DNA of 63,078 nucleotides, the filler included, from Platydemus manokwari (taxonomy: Eukaryota): the NCBI GenBank assembly GCA_037951405.1. It is 5 parts of 5 records of this genome, joined end to end, with 100 filler letters (N's around TTAATTAATTAA, not from the genome) between each part and the next. Parts side by side here need not be neighbours in the genome. Positions count along the whole stretch, not along the records: positions 1 to 11,564 come from JBBMOY010594438.1; positions 11,665 to 22,963 come from JBBMOY010785536.1; 3 more parts are not named here. One strand, 5' to 3'. A program made the translations under genes and the position numbers. How positions within the stretch are numbered: the stretch's first letter is position 1; every line of letters starts with the position of its first letter. Of this stretch, positions 1-12,957 are shown piece by piece. The notes below the pieces were generated by a model. The model did no database searches. It was not told the origin of the DNA and saw nothing but the letters and a program-made list of their open reading frames with translations.

Positions 1-3000
1 ATTAGAATCATTTCAAATTACGGTTATTATTTTTCATTTAGCTACCAATCTATTTTATATTTTAGATTTTAGTAGCTTATGAGAACTTTGGGCCTTTGAC
101 TCCACAGATGTGAAACCAGTTACGAATGTGAATTCAAAATAGAAATGAATTCTAATTTGTACAACAATTCTTGCTTGAACTGGTACTTATTTTGTAATAT
201 TTGTTATAATTGTGTCTTACAGATTCATTGTTTTATTGTTTTAACATTGTTTCTTTGTAATGAGATTTATAAATGATTTTCTGTTGAATTTACAAATTTT
301 TGGGTTTTATCAGTTAAACTATATACGTGGGCTTTTAATGGTTATTTTAAAGCTTGCTTATTGAGCTTATCGGAATCATTAATGGTTATATAATGGTTTA
401 ATGGAATTTTATGAGTTATTAATGGTCTGCGAATCTATGTTCGCCTCACCACAAATGAATAAAAATCGACAATCGCTTTATGAGTCTCAATATGTTGAAA
501 TGTTTTGTGAAAGCCCGAATATCTTGACGTATTACATATTAAATATTCCAGTGGGACCTTATAAGATTAAAGCATTCATTATTACTTCCAAATAAGTTCC
601 CTACCGAAGGACACGATTTAGTGCCTCTCTGATTCCGATATCAAATAAACATGATTACTGATGATCTCCAAATATTGTTAGTCATAGCCTCTAATAGAGG
701 AATTTTCTACTTTATCATTAGAAATGCGTACTTATCTCACTGCATTATCAGAATAGTAACTACTCTGATTTAGTAATCAACATGCAATAGATGATATAGC
801 ACTATCAATCTCTGGGAATACAAAACCGTTTGCAGATTCTGAGCTGCTATCAGAAGAAAATTGCAATAAAAGCATCTTTATTGCATACCCACTACTTGTT
901 AAATATTAAAACATAAAAAATCGATTTTAGTCACTGTTTGTTTCTGTTTTGATTTACAGAATATATTTGAACAGGTGTTGAGATTGACGACTCATTTGTT
1001 TCGAATAGATATAAGATTGACTTTACAAAAGAATAGAAGTATTTGTTTATGAGAATGATTTTGGAGTGGGAATAGCTTTCTAAATTGGATTAAAGATGAT
1101 TTCGGGATGTATTCAAGTTGGGTTGGACTCTAACACACCCAAAGAATGTTTTAATCATCAAACACATGATTGTTATGGGTTTTGAAATTAATGTGAATAA
1201 TTTCGCTTATCAAATGCAGGTTATTCTGAATAAATGTGAGCGATAGACGATGAATATTATTCACTGACATTTTACGGATTTGATTCTGTGAATGACTAAA
1301 AATTCCAAACTTATCATCTCGAGTTACTAGTCCAAATATTGGATTCATCGATAATCACCATTGATACCTTATTCATCTAACTGGTGACAACATTATAAAT
1401 TGAATGGTGATCTGCTGAAAATTATACAGAAGATTTAAATTAATGTTATTCATTTGCAATTTTATGATCCTTTAATCTCCTATCCTTTAATCATATTAAA
1501 AATTGCGGAGTTCTTTAACTCTTTGATCACTTTTATTAAATAACATCAGAGTAATTATTCTGAGTCTCGTAATAGTTCCTTTATAAATAATTATTGATAA
1601 TGAATATAAGATTTTATGATACCCGTTGCAATTTATTAATTCGTAAACTCCCTATGCGATTGGATAAAATCACTTTGTAACTATCTTTTGGTTATCTCTA
1701 AACTCTAATTGTAAAATAGTTTTCGCTTCACATTAGTATATTAATTGATATCGTCGTTACTATTTTTTGTTTATCAATTGAGATAATTTTCATTTCTTTT
1801 CATTCACAAATACAAACACCAGCTGCAATTAGATAAACCTCATAAATTTCATTGATATGCCTCACATGAATTTAGTCTAACACACAACTATAATAATGAT
1901 AAAATAATATAAAATAATTACTGAGAATATGTATAAATTGGTTTGCGTTTAAGATTTATTAATTTTTTTTCTAACGTTACAACTATTTTTTATTCTGACT
2001 TTAACTGATTCCCCCACTGTTTTCTCATTTATAAATCACTCTTATATTATAAAATCCCCGTCATTTATAAGATATTTTTAATTTGATTTTATTTTAATAA
2101 ATTTATCTCTTTCCCAGTCTTTGAATATTTTCTTATTGCTAATTAATTGTTATGTTATTTAAATTTCTGTGTAGTTTAATTCTATGAATAATATTTTCTC
2201 TATTTTTCTTATTCAAAAAATGTTTATCATTAGTCGATATCGTAAATACATTAGTTTTACTTCATATAAATACTCCTTGTGTGGTCAGAGATATATTTTT
2301 TCCAGATAAACCATAAATATCGAATATAAATTTTTAAAAATGCACCCAGAATTCCAATGTTAGACATTTATGTGCCTATGTGATAAAAAAATCATCTATA
2401 GGTAAAAAGATAAAAAAAATTTAAGCACTGATTAAAATACTTTTTAAATGAACGATGTAGAACATTTTTTCCGTTAAACAGTATAATTCAAGATACGAAT
2501 TTTCATCTCCTATACAAACATAAGTGTTGATTGTTTAAAGATCAACAGTAAATGTTTGCTTGTTCTCTCCACATCGATTTCAATAAAACCTACTTACAAA
2601 TATAACATATAATAAATGATTTTGACTTTTATTCCATCTTTGATTGTTCAGATATTCGTTATTTTTATAAAAATTTATGCAACCCTCAAATTTATTATTT
2701 GACCTTAAAAATTACTCGCTGAGAAATATACTACAATACTTAATTATTTCTTATTTTAAGCAAAAATATTAGATTTGAATTCATTAAGTGTTGTCGGTAA
2801 ATGCCAGTGATTTTTTTAATGCTATTTTTATTTTCTATTTTATTTTTAGATAATTTTTAATCTATTTATTATTCTTATTAGTTGAGATGGAGTCTGATAC
2901 CCAACAATAATGAAACATTTTAAATTTACAAAATCAAAAAATCATATAAAAGTGTTGTGATTTGAACAGGAACTATGTTTATCAAATCCGTTTAATACTT

Positions 3001-3719
3001 ATTCAATATCCTAAAAACTGATCCATCAATTGAACTAAGTTAATAAATTAAAATCATGAAATAGAAAATAATATCATAAAAATATTCATTATTTATTTGA
3101 GAATTTTATATTATATACAATTTGTAGATATTTTTATTTCTTCTTATTTTAAAGAAGACGACTAAAAAATTACAATAAACATAAAAAATAACATTCAAAG
3201 CATTACTCTATCAATCATTTTATTTGATTTTATTATTATCAAGTTGCATTGGGTGTCTTATCGAGGTCTTCCAGATTTTGGTTATCAACACGGCATCCCT
3301 CTTAAAATTTTATCCATAACAACGAGAAATTCAATAGCATTTTACCGAAGAATAATTACTTTGTATGATTTTGGTCTAAAAGCAAAATTATTGGAAAAAT
3401 TAATTTTAACATCAAATTTGAGAAAATTATACATAAAATGACATTACAGGAGAAAATTCGTCATTATGAAAATAGGTCAAAGGACTCCTTTTCTTAAATT
3501 TATCAAAAATTCTGTTTGAAAACAAACTAAAATGTTCAAGTAGTTTAAATACCAATTAATTACTTTAAAATACAGTATATCCTTTATTTTTGAAATTTTC
3601 TGATTCTGGAATTTAAATAAGCAAATAAGGCGATCCTCGAACATGAATGGAGGGTCAAGAGAGGGGAACAACTAATGCGCATTCCTGATAATTGCCCAAA
3701 AGATACATTTGAAATCAGA

Positions 3720-5665
3720 AAATCATTAGCAGAAAGACTGATCAACAAATGAAACAGTGGATGAAATGTTTAGTAAATAGTGTGAATTATTCGCTGTGTC
3801 TACACAATTAAATCACCAAGTGACCCTTCCTCGGGTAGAGCCAATGATGAAAAAAGAGGTGGAACTGAGCTGAAATTAATGAGACTGTTTAACCACTCTC
3901 CATCTGCTGCCTTTGAATTAGCAACGCAATACACAAAAATTGACTGTCGATATACTCAAAAAGACTTCGAAAAACATTTCGAGGAAATACAAAAGCAAAA
4001 AGCAGATCTTCCTGATTGCGAAGGATTGTGTACAAAAGCATGTACAAATTATTGTTCACTAAAGAAAGTTAATAAAAGGGGCCAAAATTTTGACTTCAGC
4101 AGAATAGAACCAGAAACAATTAATACAATCCTTTGCATAAAGCTCCCAAGTGCTCCTGGAAAAAAAACAATTATAAAGACTATCTATATGCACAGCCAGA
4201 GACAAAAATCATACACAAGATTTTCACAAAATGCTTAGATAACTTGAAAATACCAGATGAATAGAAAACGTATATAACATTGATAATACCGAAACCCATG
4301 AAAGAGAGTTTATCAACAAGTCAGCTCCTGGCGCGATATTGCCCTGCAGCTATAAAATTTTCACAACGATTCTGTGAAAACAACTGAAGAATTGGATTGA
4401 TGAAAATAACTTGATACATCCACTGCAGAAGAGCTTAAGCCCAAATGACGGATGTGCCTAATACAACTTTTTATTTCGAGTCATTATAGAAGAACACATC
4501 AAGAGAAATATCGATAATGTTTACATAGGATTCTTAGACATCGAAGAAGCTTTCCCTTCATTAGATCTTGAAGCGATGTTTACAATCCTTGATCATATCG
4601 GCATGACTGAAACTGCCATCAAAATCATAATAAGTCTCTAAACAAACTGCCAAACTTCTCTTAAATGCGGAAATTATGAAACGAAACCAATTAAAATTGA
4701 TAGGAGGGTTCCACGGGGCTGCTCTATCAATCTAATCTTGACACAAATGAATAACTAAAAAACGAACTTATTGGAGGCCTGATAATTGTCTTGCCTATAT
4801 AGATGACATAGCAATTATTGCGAAATACCAAAACGGACTCCAAATGATAATCAATGAATCATCGATTCTCGGGGTTCAAATTGGTTTCAAGTTCAATCCT
4901 TCAAAATGTGAGCACTCACATAATAAAAGAGCAAGTACTAACGCGGAGGAACTCCTGATCTACAATGAGAATATTCCTACAATCAGTCTAGAAGAGCACT
5001 ATCACTACCTAGGAGTGAACTTCTCTTTGAAGTTAGATAATTCAACAGAAGGACTGTTCATCGACATTGAAACTCTGATGAATGCACTGGGAAAATGCAT
5101 TTTACTCCTATGGCAGAAGCTAAAAGCCTTTGAGTTATGTGACAATGAGACAGTGTTTTGTACGATCTTATCAATTAAACTGGACTAATTAAATAAGAAA
5201 TTGACGCTATAGAAGCTACTCAGAAGCTATTAGTCCATTGTGGTCAAAAATAGTTTTTAATAGGCCCCTCCAATGTAAAATGCTCCTTTAATGGCGGAAA
5301 TAACTCAAAAGAATATAGAAAAATACACAGACCTCCGAAATGCGATAAAAAAGCAGCCGGACTGAATTGTGGAACTGTTCACTTTTGTTGTAGGAGTTCT
5401 CGGAACTTGGCAAACACAGACGAACGATACATACCTAAAGAAATTAGGGAATAACAAGAAAATGTTAAATAAAATAACTCTTGCCTGCATAAAGTCGAAT
5501 ATAAATGCGAGCTATCTGCAATGGAAGTTCCATGCGGGAAAGAGGACAGTAACAAAGACAGCCTTAAAAATAAAGGAACAGGATATCCAAGACAACATCG
5601 ACTGGATGACGGAAACAGAATTGAATGAAATGCCTCTTAAATATCAATCTATAAATAATGTTTAA
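3720..5665 (+). mobile_element. Decayed non-LTR retrotransposon with C-terminal restriction-like endonuclease (RLE; R2/NeSL/R4 group), internally deleted
   Basis: RT motifs in order across stops and frameshifts: SAPG (~4149), NWIDENNLIHPLQK, FLDIEEAFPSL, IKIDRRVPRGC, CLAYIDDIAIIA (YIDD at 4796-4807, in frame with ORF 4844), GFKFNPSKC, YHYLGV, WQKLKAF. These are followed by RLE motifs VKCSFNGG..KYTDL..FVVGVLGTW. No APE domain is seen; boundaries are approximate. Confidence 0.85.
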
Positions 5666-6283
5666 TCGTCAATTGGCACACATCAATAACAGATAACAAA
5701 CATCAAAGGTAAGCCGAAGGTAAAAGAGTTAGAAAATAATCTACAAATAAAAAGATATGTGAACAGTTTCAGCTAATAAAAAAGGTGAAGCTACAAAGCA
5801 ACACGCAAACATACATGCGGAGTATATAAAGAGCTAAATTTCGAGAGCAATCATCAATCTTTCATGGCAGATAACTTAGTACCTGACTCGTTCTTTTGCA
5901 ATGTCATTTTGATGATTAATCTTTTGTGATTACTATTTCAGTCTGTTTTATCTTTTAATCACTGATTCCTTAGTTAATTGTTAATTGACCTTATTTTTTG
6001 AGAGAGATTTATAATGAGAATGATCTTAAGCTGTAACCATGTGATTACAATTAAATTTTTAAATATTCAGCGTCACTGGATGTCTGACCAATATGTCAAT
6101 AATTAAAAAAATTTGAGTTATAATATGGAGTATATTAACAAGATTTATATGAAGTTTATTAATTCTGTTACATAGAACTTGAACAGATTACAGTTAAACA
6201 ACGTTATTCTTCTAAAGTCTGTAAAATTGTCATTTATCGGTTATATTTCGATTCTTACCAGTTATCAGAATTATACTTATCCA

Positions 6284-9040
6284 TCATTCGTGCTTAAGAC
6301 GAACTTTCTGTTGGGAAGCAAATGTATGCTTTAATAGATTTTCTGGAATATTTTTTTGAGATCTTTTAGATGACTTTTTATCCAAAGGTTGTCGACAGTA
6401 CACAACATTAATACTCGATCCCTGAATATCTTGGCAATTATCAAGGTCTTGACATTGTAAAATAGATAAGTTGGTCGAATTGAAAGATGGTATTACATCC
6501 ACAACAGATGTTAATGCTATGTCATAGTTCTTTTGAAGCTTAGATTTACAATCATTGGTTTGAGGATCATTATTTAAACGATTGTGATTCTCTTTTAATA
6601 ATTCCGATGAGTCAATATGTTGGGTTTTGGTGATTATTTTATTCATCCTTGGATATTGATTATTCCGTTCATCTTCATCTTCAGTTGATGTATTGTATTT
6701 AAAAACAAACGAATGAGAATTAGCCACAGACGATGTATTAAATTGTGTTAAATTATTGTTCTCATCGCACGAATACGTTCGACCGATTGAAATCTGTTCA
6801 ACATTGGTTTTATTTCTTACTTTTTCATAAATATCTTTAATTTCTTCCGGTTTGGGATCTAAACTGACATATTGAGAACTGTCATTGGTTAATTGATTTT
6901 CATTAGATGTTGATTCAGATTGACAATTAACTGGTAAATATTGCTTAAAATACTTGGCCCTGACAGCATGAAAGGTACAACTCGAATCAGTATTCTGTTG
7001 TTCATTTTCTGATATTTCTAAATCAGCTCGATCGTTATTGTTGTTCACCATTGATATGGTTGTCAAATTTATTAATTCTGGAGATTTCGGTGAATTACAC
7101 AATGCTTTATTCAAAAAGTGATTGTTTTCTGTTTCTAATTTTAGAATGTAATCTGACCAATCAGATAATGATGTGATATTTTTCTTATTAAAATTCATAT
7201 GTGTTTCCGTGTGATTATTTTTGGTAATCAAATCTTGACATTCCGTTTTCAGATTGTTTTTTGTCATAAAATAATTCGAAATTTGTAATTTTTGTTTACC
7301 TTCACTAATGTAACCACTGTCTATTCCAAATGTGGTTTTCGATTTCAAGCTCATCGCTTCTGAGGTTTGTGAATTCAATTTACAATATTTGACATTATCT
7401 TGAAAATATTTCAAATTCGACACTACAGATTTCAACTTTTTCACTGGCATTGCATCGGTAATTTTGTACGATTCAGTAAGCATTAATTTATTGTTCATAC
7501 ATTCGCCAGCAAAAACAAAATTGATTGGTGTAATTTTCAGATTCTTTTCCAACATAGATTTACTATCATTATACTTGATATTAAGCACCTTAACGTTTAA
7601 TTTATGGTCTAATTTCTGTGAAAACTCACTGGATATACATTCAACAGATGATGCTTTGATAATTTGTAATTTCTCATGAGATGATTTCACAACTGACGGA
7701 ATTCGTCTTGATGTTTGATGGACAAAAGTCGATTCCTTTTTCAGAAATTTATCCTTATCACTACCATCAGTTTTCGATGATTTCCTATTTTGAAAAGCAA
7801 TTTGAAACGTTTTCTTGGATTTACATGGATTATGGTTGATAATTGGAGCATCAGTTGTAGACTTCGAGAGAACAACTCTGTTAGAATTTTGGGGATTAGT
7901 GGAATTGTCAATATTCTTATCTTCTGGGATTGGACTTAGATTCATTGCATGATTGTTTTCCAATGAATATTTGCTATTATAAATTGATATACTAGAATTA
8001 ATTTTTCCTTTACTTGTTGGTATATTACTAGCTTTTTTCGCGGTTATATAACATGAATATTCACCATTTAATTTCCTATCGCCATTTACAATGGTTTTGT
8101 GGTCTTTTAAATTTTGTGTTTTTGATTGTCTTTTACTATATTTTTTAGCTTTGGAAGAATATTTAAATGCGATACTCTCTTGAAATGATGGTGACATAAT
8201 GTTTTTCATATTTAACCGATGCTTGATACCTTTATCAATATGAGCGTTTGGTATGCATACAATGTTGGAATTTTTATTAGGTTTTTTATTATTTTGATAG
8301 CTATCCTTTATATTTAGATTTGAAGAAATATGTGGTGTTTGAACATTTGATTCCAATGGTATTGATGTAGATTTTGGAAATGTATCGGAATCGGAACTGC
8401 TATTTCCAGGTGAACAAACAACCCGTAAATAATTTGGATTCCACGTTGGTGTTTTCAATGCATATGATTCGTTGAGTTCAGAAATTGATTGCAAGATGAT
8501 TTGGACTCCTGATTCTATAATGAGATCCTGAATGGATTTCAATAACTTATCACTGTCTTTATAAGGAGAATCAAGCATCTGACTCATCACAAAATCTAAC
8601 AAACTGTTTAATTTATCTAAATTCTTGGATGATTTACCAGCATTATTAAGTGTAATCAAATCATTTGTGGATTTATGGCGAGTCAAACGGCAATTATCAG
8701 AGAAAGTTTGATCAAATGCACTTGTTTTTAAACTAGTTTGAGGAGTATGATTAATTTGTGAAAGTATTTCCCATTTGTTAGAATTATTATGACTGCTATC
8801 ATGAGATATCGTTTTCTTGTAGGATATATCATCCATGAATCGCATAAAATTGAGATTATCATGACTTTTAGATCTGCTCAAATCGGAATTAGATAAAAAT
8901 TTTTTCGTGTTCTTTAATTCTGTTAGAAGAAAATTGTGAATGTTTATTCGCTTAGTGAAACGATTGAGTGTTTCAAGAACTTTATCAAATAATTTATTTC
9001 TTTTTTGAAATGCACATTTTCGAAATCCCTCAACTGGCAT
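6284..9040 (-). CDS. Uncharacterised ~918-aa Ser/Asn/Lys-rich, probably disordered protein (one long exon)
   Basis: A 2.76-kb stop-free frame in very AT-rich DNA is unlikely by chance. First ATG is at 9040 (the ORF track starts at an upstream TTG). No TE or globular-domain motifs recognised. It could be one exon of a larger gene. Confidence 0.75.
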   Translation of the reverse strand: MPVEGFRKCAFQKRNKLFDKVLETLNRFTKRINIHNFLLTELKNTKKFLSNSDLSRSKSHDNLNFMRFMDDISYKKTISHDSSHNNSNKWEILSQINHTPQTSLKTSAFDQTFSDNCRLTRHKSTNDLITLNNAGKSSKNLDKLNSLLDFVMSQMLDSPYKDSDKLLKSIQDLIIESGVQIILQSISELNESYALKTPTWNPNYLRVVCSPGNSSSDSDTFPKSTSIPLESNVQTPHISSNLNIKDSYQNNKKPNKNSNIVCIPNAHIDKGIKHRLNMKNIMSPSFQESIAFKYSSKAKKYSKRQSKTQNLKDHKTIVNGDRKLNGEYSCYITAKKASNIPTSKGKINSSISIYNSKYSLENNHAMNLSPIPEDKNIDNSTNPQNSNRVVLSKSTTDAPIINHNPCKSKKTFQIAFQNRKSSKTDGSDKDKFLKKESTFVHQTSRRIPSVVKSSHEKLQIIKASSVECISSEFSQKLDHKLNVKVLNIKYNDSKSMLEKNLKITPINFVFAGECMNNKLMLTESYKITDAMPVKKLKSVVSNLKYFQDNVKYCKLNSQTSEAMSLKSKTTFGIDSGYISEGKQKLQISNYFMTKNNLKTECQDLITKNNHTETHMNFNKKNITSLSDWSDYILKLETENNHFLNKALCNSPKSPELINLTTISMVNNNNDRADLEISENEQQNTDSSCTFHAVRAKYFKQYLPVNCQSESTSNENQLTNDSSQYVSLDPKPEEIKDIYEKVRNKTNVEQISIGRTYSCDENNNLTQFNTSSVANSHSFVFKYNTSTEDEDERNNQYPRMNKIITKTQHIDSSELLKENHNRLNNDPQTNDCKSKLQKNYDIALTSVVDVIPSFNSTNLSILQCQDLDNCQDIQGSSINVVYCRQPLDKKSSKRSQKNIPENLLKHTFASQQKVRLKHE

Positions 9041-9849
9041 TGACAATTACATTGTAAATTATATAATTTTAAACCTATCGATAACTTAATTAATTTATAC
9101 ATGCATCGATCATATGAAAGGAAATTTATAAATCTATAAATATATGTACCCAATTAATTTGACTAAAAGTAAAAAAAAAAACTATTGTTTCTTGTGACAA
9201 ATTCATGTGACTTAAGATGTCGAATATTTAAATATTATAAACAAATGATTACATTTTCCATGAAAAAATAGAAATTTCAGAAATCCATTATATTCTGAGA
9301 TTTAACAAGTGATTTTTCTGATGGTGCATGTGATCTTGTTGAAGTTCACATAGGCTCACATTCTTACATAATAATTCCGACAGTGGTACTATTGCTATCT
9401 TAAGTCACATTGTAGTAGGAAAACCCTAGAAATTAACTTTTATTCAAATTTTAAAAAATTTAACCTTTTCTACTCATTTCATTAAATCTCCGACGGAATT
9501 GAAGTGCACATTAGAATTTTTACTACTAGTTATATTTTCATTGTCAGTATTTTAAATAAGTAATTTACAAATTCTATCTCTCGAATACTTGTTTAAGTAA
9601 TGTCATAAAATTGACATCTAGAAATTCAGATTAACTCGCTGAGTTAATTGTTTTATATTTCTCTGGCAATTATGGATCGATATGTTTAACAATCAATGCT
9701 TTTGCTTTCTAATTACTTTTACTCTGTTATGAGGCAAGATAATGTATGTTTAATTTAATAAGATTTTAGATTTTATCATATTTACAAATCAACATTTGTT
9801 GAATGTATTGGTGCATGTATATTAACTGGTGATGACTTAGCATAATCAT

Positions 9850-10800
9850 TTTGCTATGGATAGATGAATTACGCAAGTGCAAATGAGTATTCTCATTTTA
9901 CTTGTCTGCTCCTCATTTTCTAGTTTCCTATTTAGAGCAAATACCTGTGCTATAGTTCTACAAATTGTTCTTAGACATTCTATTCTTTTCAACTGACATT
10001 TTTTCATTTGTTCTTTTTCTATGAACTTTGGTTTCAAATTGAAAGTCTCTCTTTACACACTTCTTGTGTACTTGGCCAAAATAATAACTTGCTTAGTTAT
10101 GTGAGATGTTCGAGAATAGGTTCTGCAGTATGTGCTCAATTGAGGCTTATAAATGCTTGTTCTTGTGATGTATCCCACTTAAATGGTTTCTTTTCCGTTA
10201 GTGATTGAGTTAGATAGAACGACAATACTGTAAAACTACTTTTGTGACTCGGGATTTGCGATATATTTTTATAAAATTCTAGTTCTTCATAGAGATGCCT
10301 TTCGATAATATTATGTTTATGTACAGTTAGACATTCAATTACGTCAATTATTGAACACGTATTAGGATGTTTAGGTTTTGCGCAATCGATATTTACCTAT
10401 TAGCCCTAAAATAATAATTTTATCAAGGTATTGAACGTGATTCCGTTTACTCATTCTCTTTTGTCTGCTATGAGTTATTTCATGAGTAAAAAATGTTCCC
10501 ATTCATCCTGGATTTCCAATCATGGTACTAATGTTTGATTTATTATTCGAGTCATTTTCTAGACAGTTGAAAATCATTTGACATGTCTGTGACCGCTCAT
10601 ATTTTGCTTATCTAAGCAAGTTATTGGAATCTTTGACAAAGTATCCACTAGTCTATCTGAGGTTATTTTTATGATGAGTTGCTCCTGGTTTGAAGTCCCT
10701 TGCTAATTTACTATCTCCTATAATTTAAGTTTATATTGGATAATTTTCTTTATAAGGGTTTCTTATCGATTAGTTTTAATATCTATAAATCGATTATTTT
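9850..10800 (-). mobile_element. Heavily decayed Ty3/gypsy pol remnant (RT connection and RNase H region)
   Basis: The minus strand reads LTEKKPFKWDTSQEQAFISLN*AHTAEPIL (~10100-10205), matching the gypsy K..PF.W....EQAF..LK..LT.APIL motif, followed by an ECL-like RNase H segment. There are many stops and frameshifts. Confidence 0.65.
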
Positions 10801-11564
10801 TACCAACCTGGATCTTAGAAAACACTATTTGATTTCAGACTTGAGGCTTCTATTTCACCAGCCATATTTTTAAGAATAGCCACTTTTAATGCGTATCTTG
10901 TACATGGAAGTTATATTGATATACTGGTTATAATTGGTAATAAAATACAGTATAAAAATTCAGAATAACGATGAAAGATATATTAAAGATAAGGTAGATT
11001 AAAGATACAGAATGTTTAAATAGATCCAATGTTTTATTTTCAAAAATAATTGACCGATGGTGAACTGTTCAGGTCAGTTAACCATTGTTTTCAAAATCCA
11101 AGTGTTCTTTGAATCTGACTTTAATTGCTTGGATCCAGTCGTAAGCAATGCCTTAGATAACCAGAATTGTCTTCTTCTCCAGTAAGTGCATTGTTGTCTA
11201 ATTGTTCCTCTATTGTTTTCCACTCACGGTATATTTGTTGGGGTTCTGTCAATTGGATGAATTTATACTATTATTGACTATCAATGTCTAAAAGTAGCAA
11301 ACTTGATTATCGATGTGTATATTTTTTGTTTATGTTTGTAAAAATCTTGGTATAATGATGTGACCATTATTTTTTTATATTTTATTTTATTTTTTATGTG
11401 CAATTATCTAGGAGAAATTGAAGTTAAAATAATAATTCCCATAAAATAGAAAAATTAGTTGATAAATGAAAATTGTAATAATTTTGATTGACCATAATAA
11501 TCATGATTTTAATAATAAATTTGAATATCACTTAAATAAATGGTAAATTATGATCATTTAATGA

Positions 11565-11664
11565 NNNNNNNNNNNNNNNNNNNNNNNNNNNNNNNNNNNN
11601 NNNNNNNNTTAATTAATTAANNNNNNNNNNNNNNNNNNNNNNNNNNNNNNNNNNNNNNNNNNNN
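11565..11664. other. Artificial contig spacer
   Basis: 44 N + TTAATTAATTAA (stop codons in all six frames) + 44 N. Confidence 0.98.
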
Positions 11665-11717
11665 CAAAAATTTTCTGCCTCTCTTCTCGTTTGGCTCTAG
11701 TCAGAGCGTTAATTTCG

Positions 11718-11729
11718 GCGTGGTCGCCA
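11718..11729 (-). mobile_element. Isolated tRNA-Arg-type PBS; probable 5' end of an LTR element truncated by the contig edge
   Basis: The minus strand reads TGGCGACCACGC, the same PBS as the TRIM-like family, pointing into the gap. The LTR was not delimited. Confidence 0.4.
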
Positions 11730-12406
11730 GTAAAAAGACAAATCGTTTCCATCAATGTTTTATTATCTTTCAAAATTACACCGTTAGTTTCTTTTAATAT
11801 TTAAACAAATCTCATTTTTTATCTAACTTTTATAATTATTATTTTGAAATTTTTGTGTTATTTTTAATTTTTAAAAATTTTTTAAAGCCAATTGTAAATA
11901 TCGTTACAACGACAATAAAATATTAACCAAAATCATGGCACTCCCTACGTTCCTTTTTATATGCTTGTAAATTAAATTTGTTATTTCGATTATCACTACA
12001 ATATTTAAAGCCCTCGATAATAATGCTGATGGTTATTTTTCATTTCAGTATCATTATAAATTATTGGATCTGGAATTGATGCAGAACCATACAAGTATTT
12101 CTTATCTGATTTCAGATGGTTTATTTCGTATCAGAAGTTAAGTAAGATAAATATATGATATTCCACTCTCATGTTAAATCATTCGGAATTCGCAGAATAT
12201 TTATAAATTCATACCGCAGTAAATTTTAAAATATGAAAGTGAAAGTCTTTATAAAAACAAGGTTTGGATGGAATTGGCTGGAACAACATCAATTGTACTG
12301 TGAGATTTATAATTCAAATTATATTCTATTATATTCAATTATATTCTATTCAATATATATGATTTTATATAAAATCTACTTTCACATATTAAACTATTTT
12401 ACGCTG

Positions 12407-12957
12407 TGTTAGCCACTACTATTTTCAAAATCACACATTAACCAGCTGTAAAATCAGGAAATCAAATTATATATAAATACAGATATTTAAACAAATTAAT
12501 ATCATTTTATAAATAAAATATTTTTACAAAATTAACTCTTTAAAAATTTTACTTTAATTTAAAATGCTCGCATTCACCTTTTTTTAAAATCATTGATTTT
12601 CTTTGTATTCTTAATTGGCGTTGTGTCTAATGCTCACATATATATCCACATAGAAAACTCTAGTTCATCTATCTGTTTTAAATCTTCTTAATATATTCTT
12701 TATATATTATCTAAATAATTTCAACATTGTCCTCCTTCTTTTCCATAATTTTCAGTCATCAAAATCGAATCGTGATGAGTGGTCGCCATGTTAGTTGCTT
12801 CTATTTTAAAACCCACACATTAAAAAAGAGCTGAATAGCCACGGCATCCAATTATATTTAACGACAATTATTTAAACAAACTCATTTAATTTTATACAAA
12901 ATTTTATACAAAAATAACAATTTATATAATAAAATATATAACATTATATTATACGCA
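12407..12957 (-). mobile_element. TRIM-like non-autonomous LTR element, copy 1
   Basis: On the minus strand: 5' LTR 12957-12789 (TG...CTAACA); PBS TGGCGACCACT from 12788; ~215-bp non-coding core; PPT AAAAAAAGGTGAA (12585-12573); 3' LTR 12572-12407 (TGCGAG...GGCTAACA). The LTRs are diverged and there is no clear TSD. Confidence 0.8.

Noticed and set aside
1330-1375. VIIDE Walker-B-like motif on the minus strand (possible Helitron helicase)
   Set aside because: No Walker A or other helicase motifs nearby; probably chance.
11609-11620. TTAATTAATTAA palindrome repeated four times at ~11-kb spacing
   Set aside because: Always centred in N runs; it is an assembly linker, not a biological repeat or CRISPR array.
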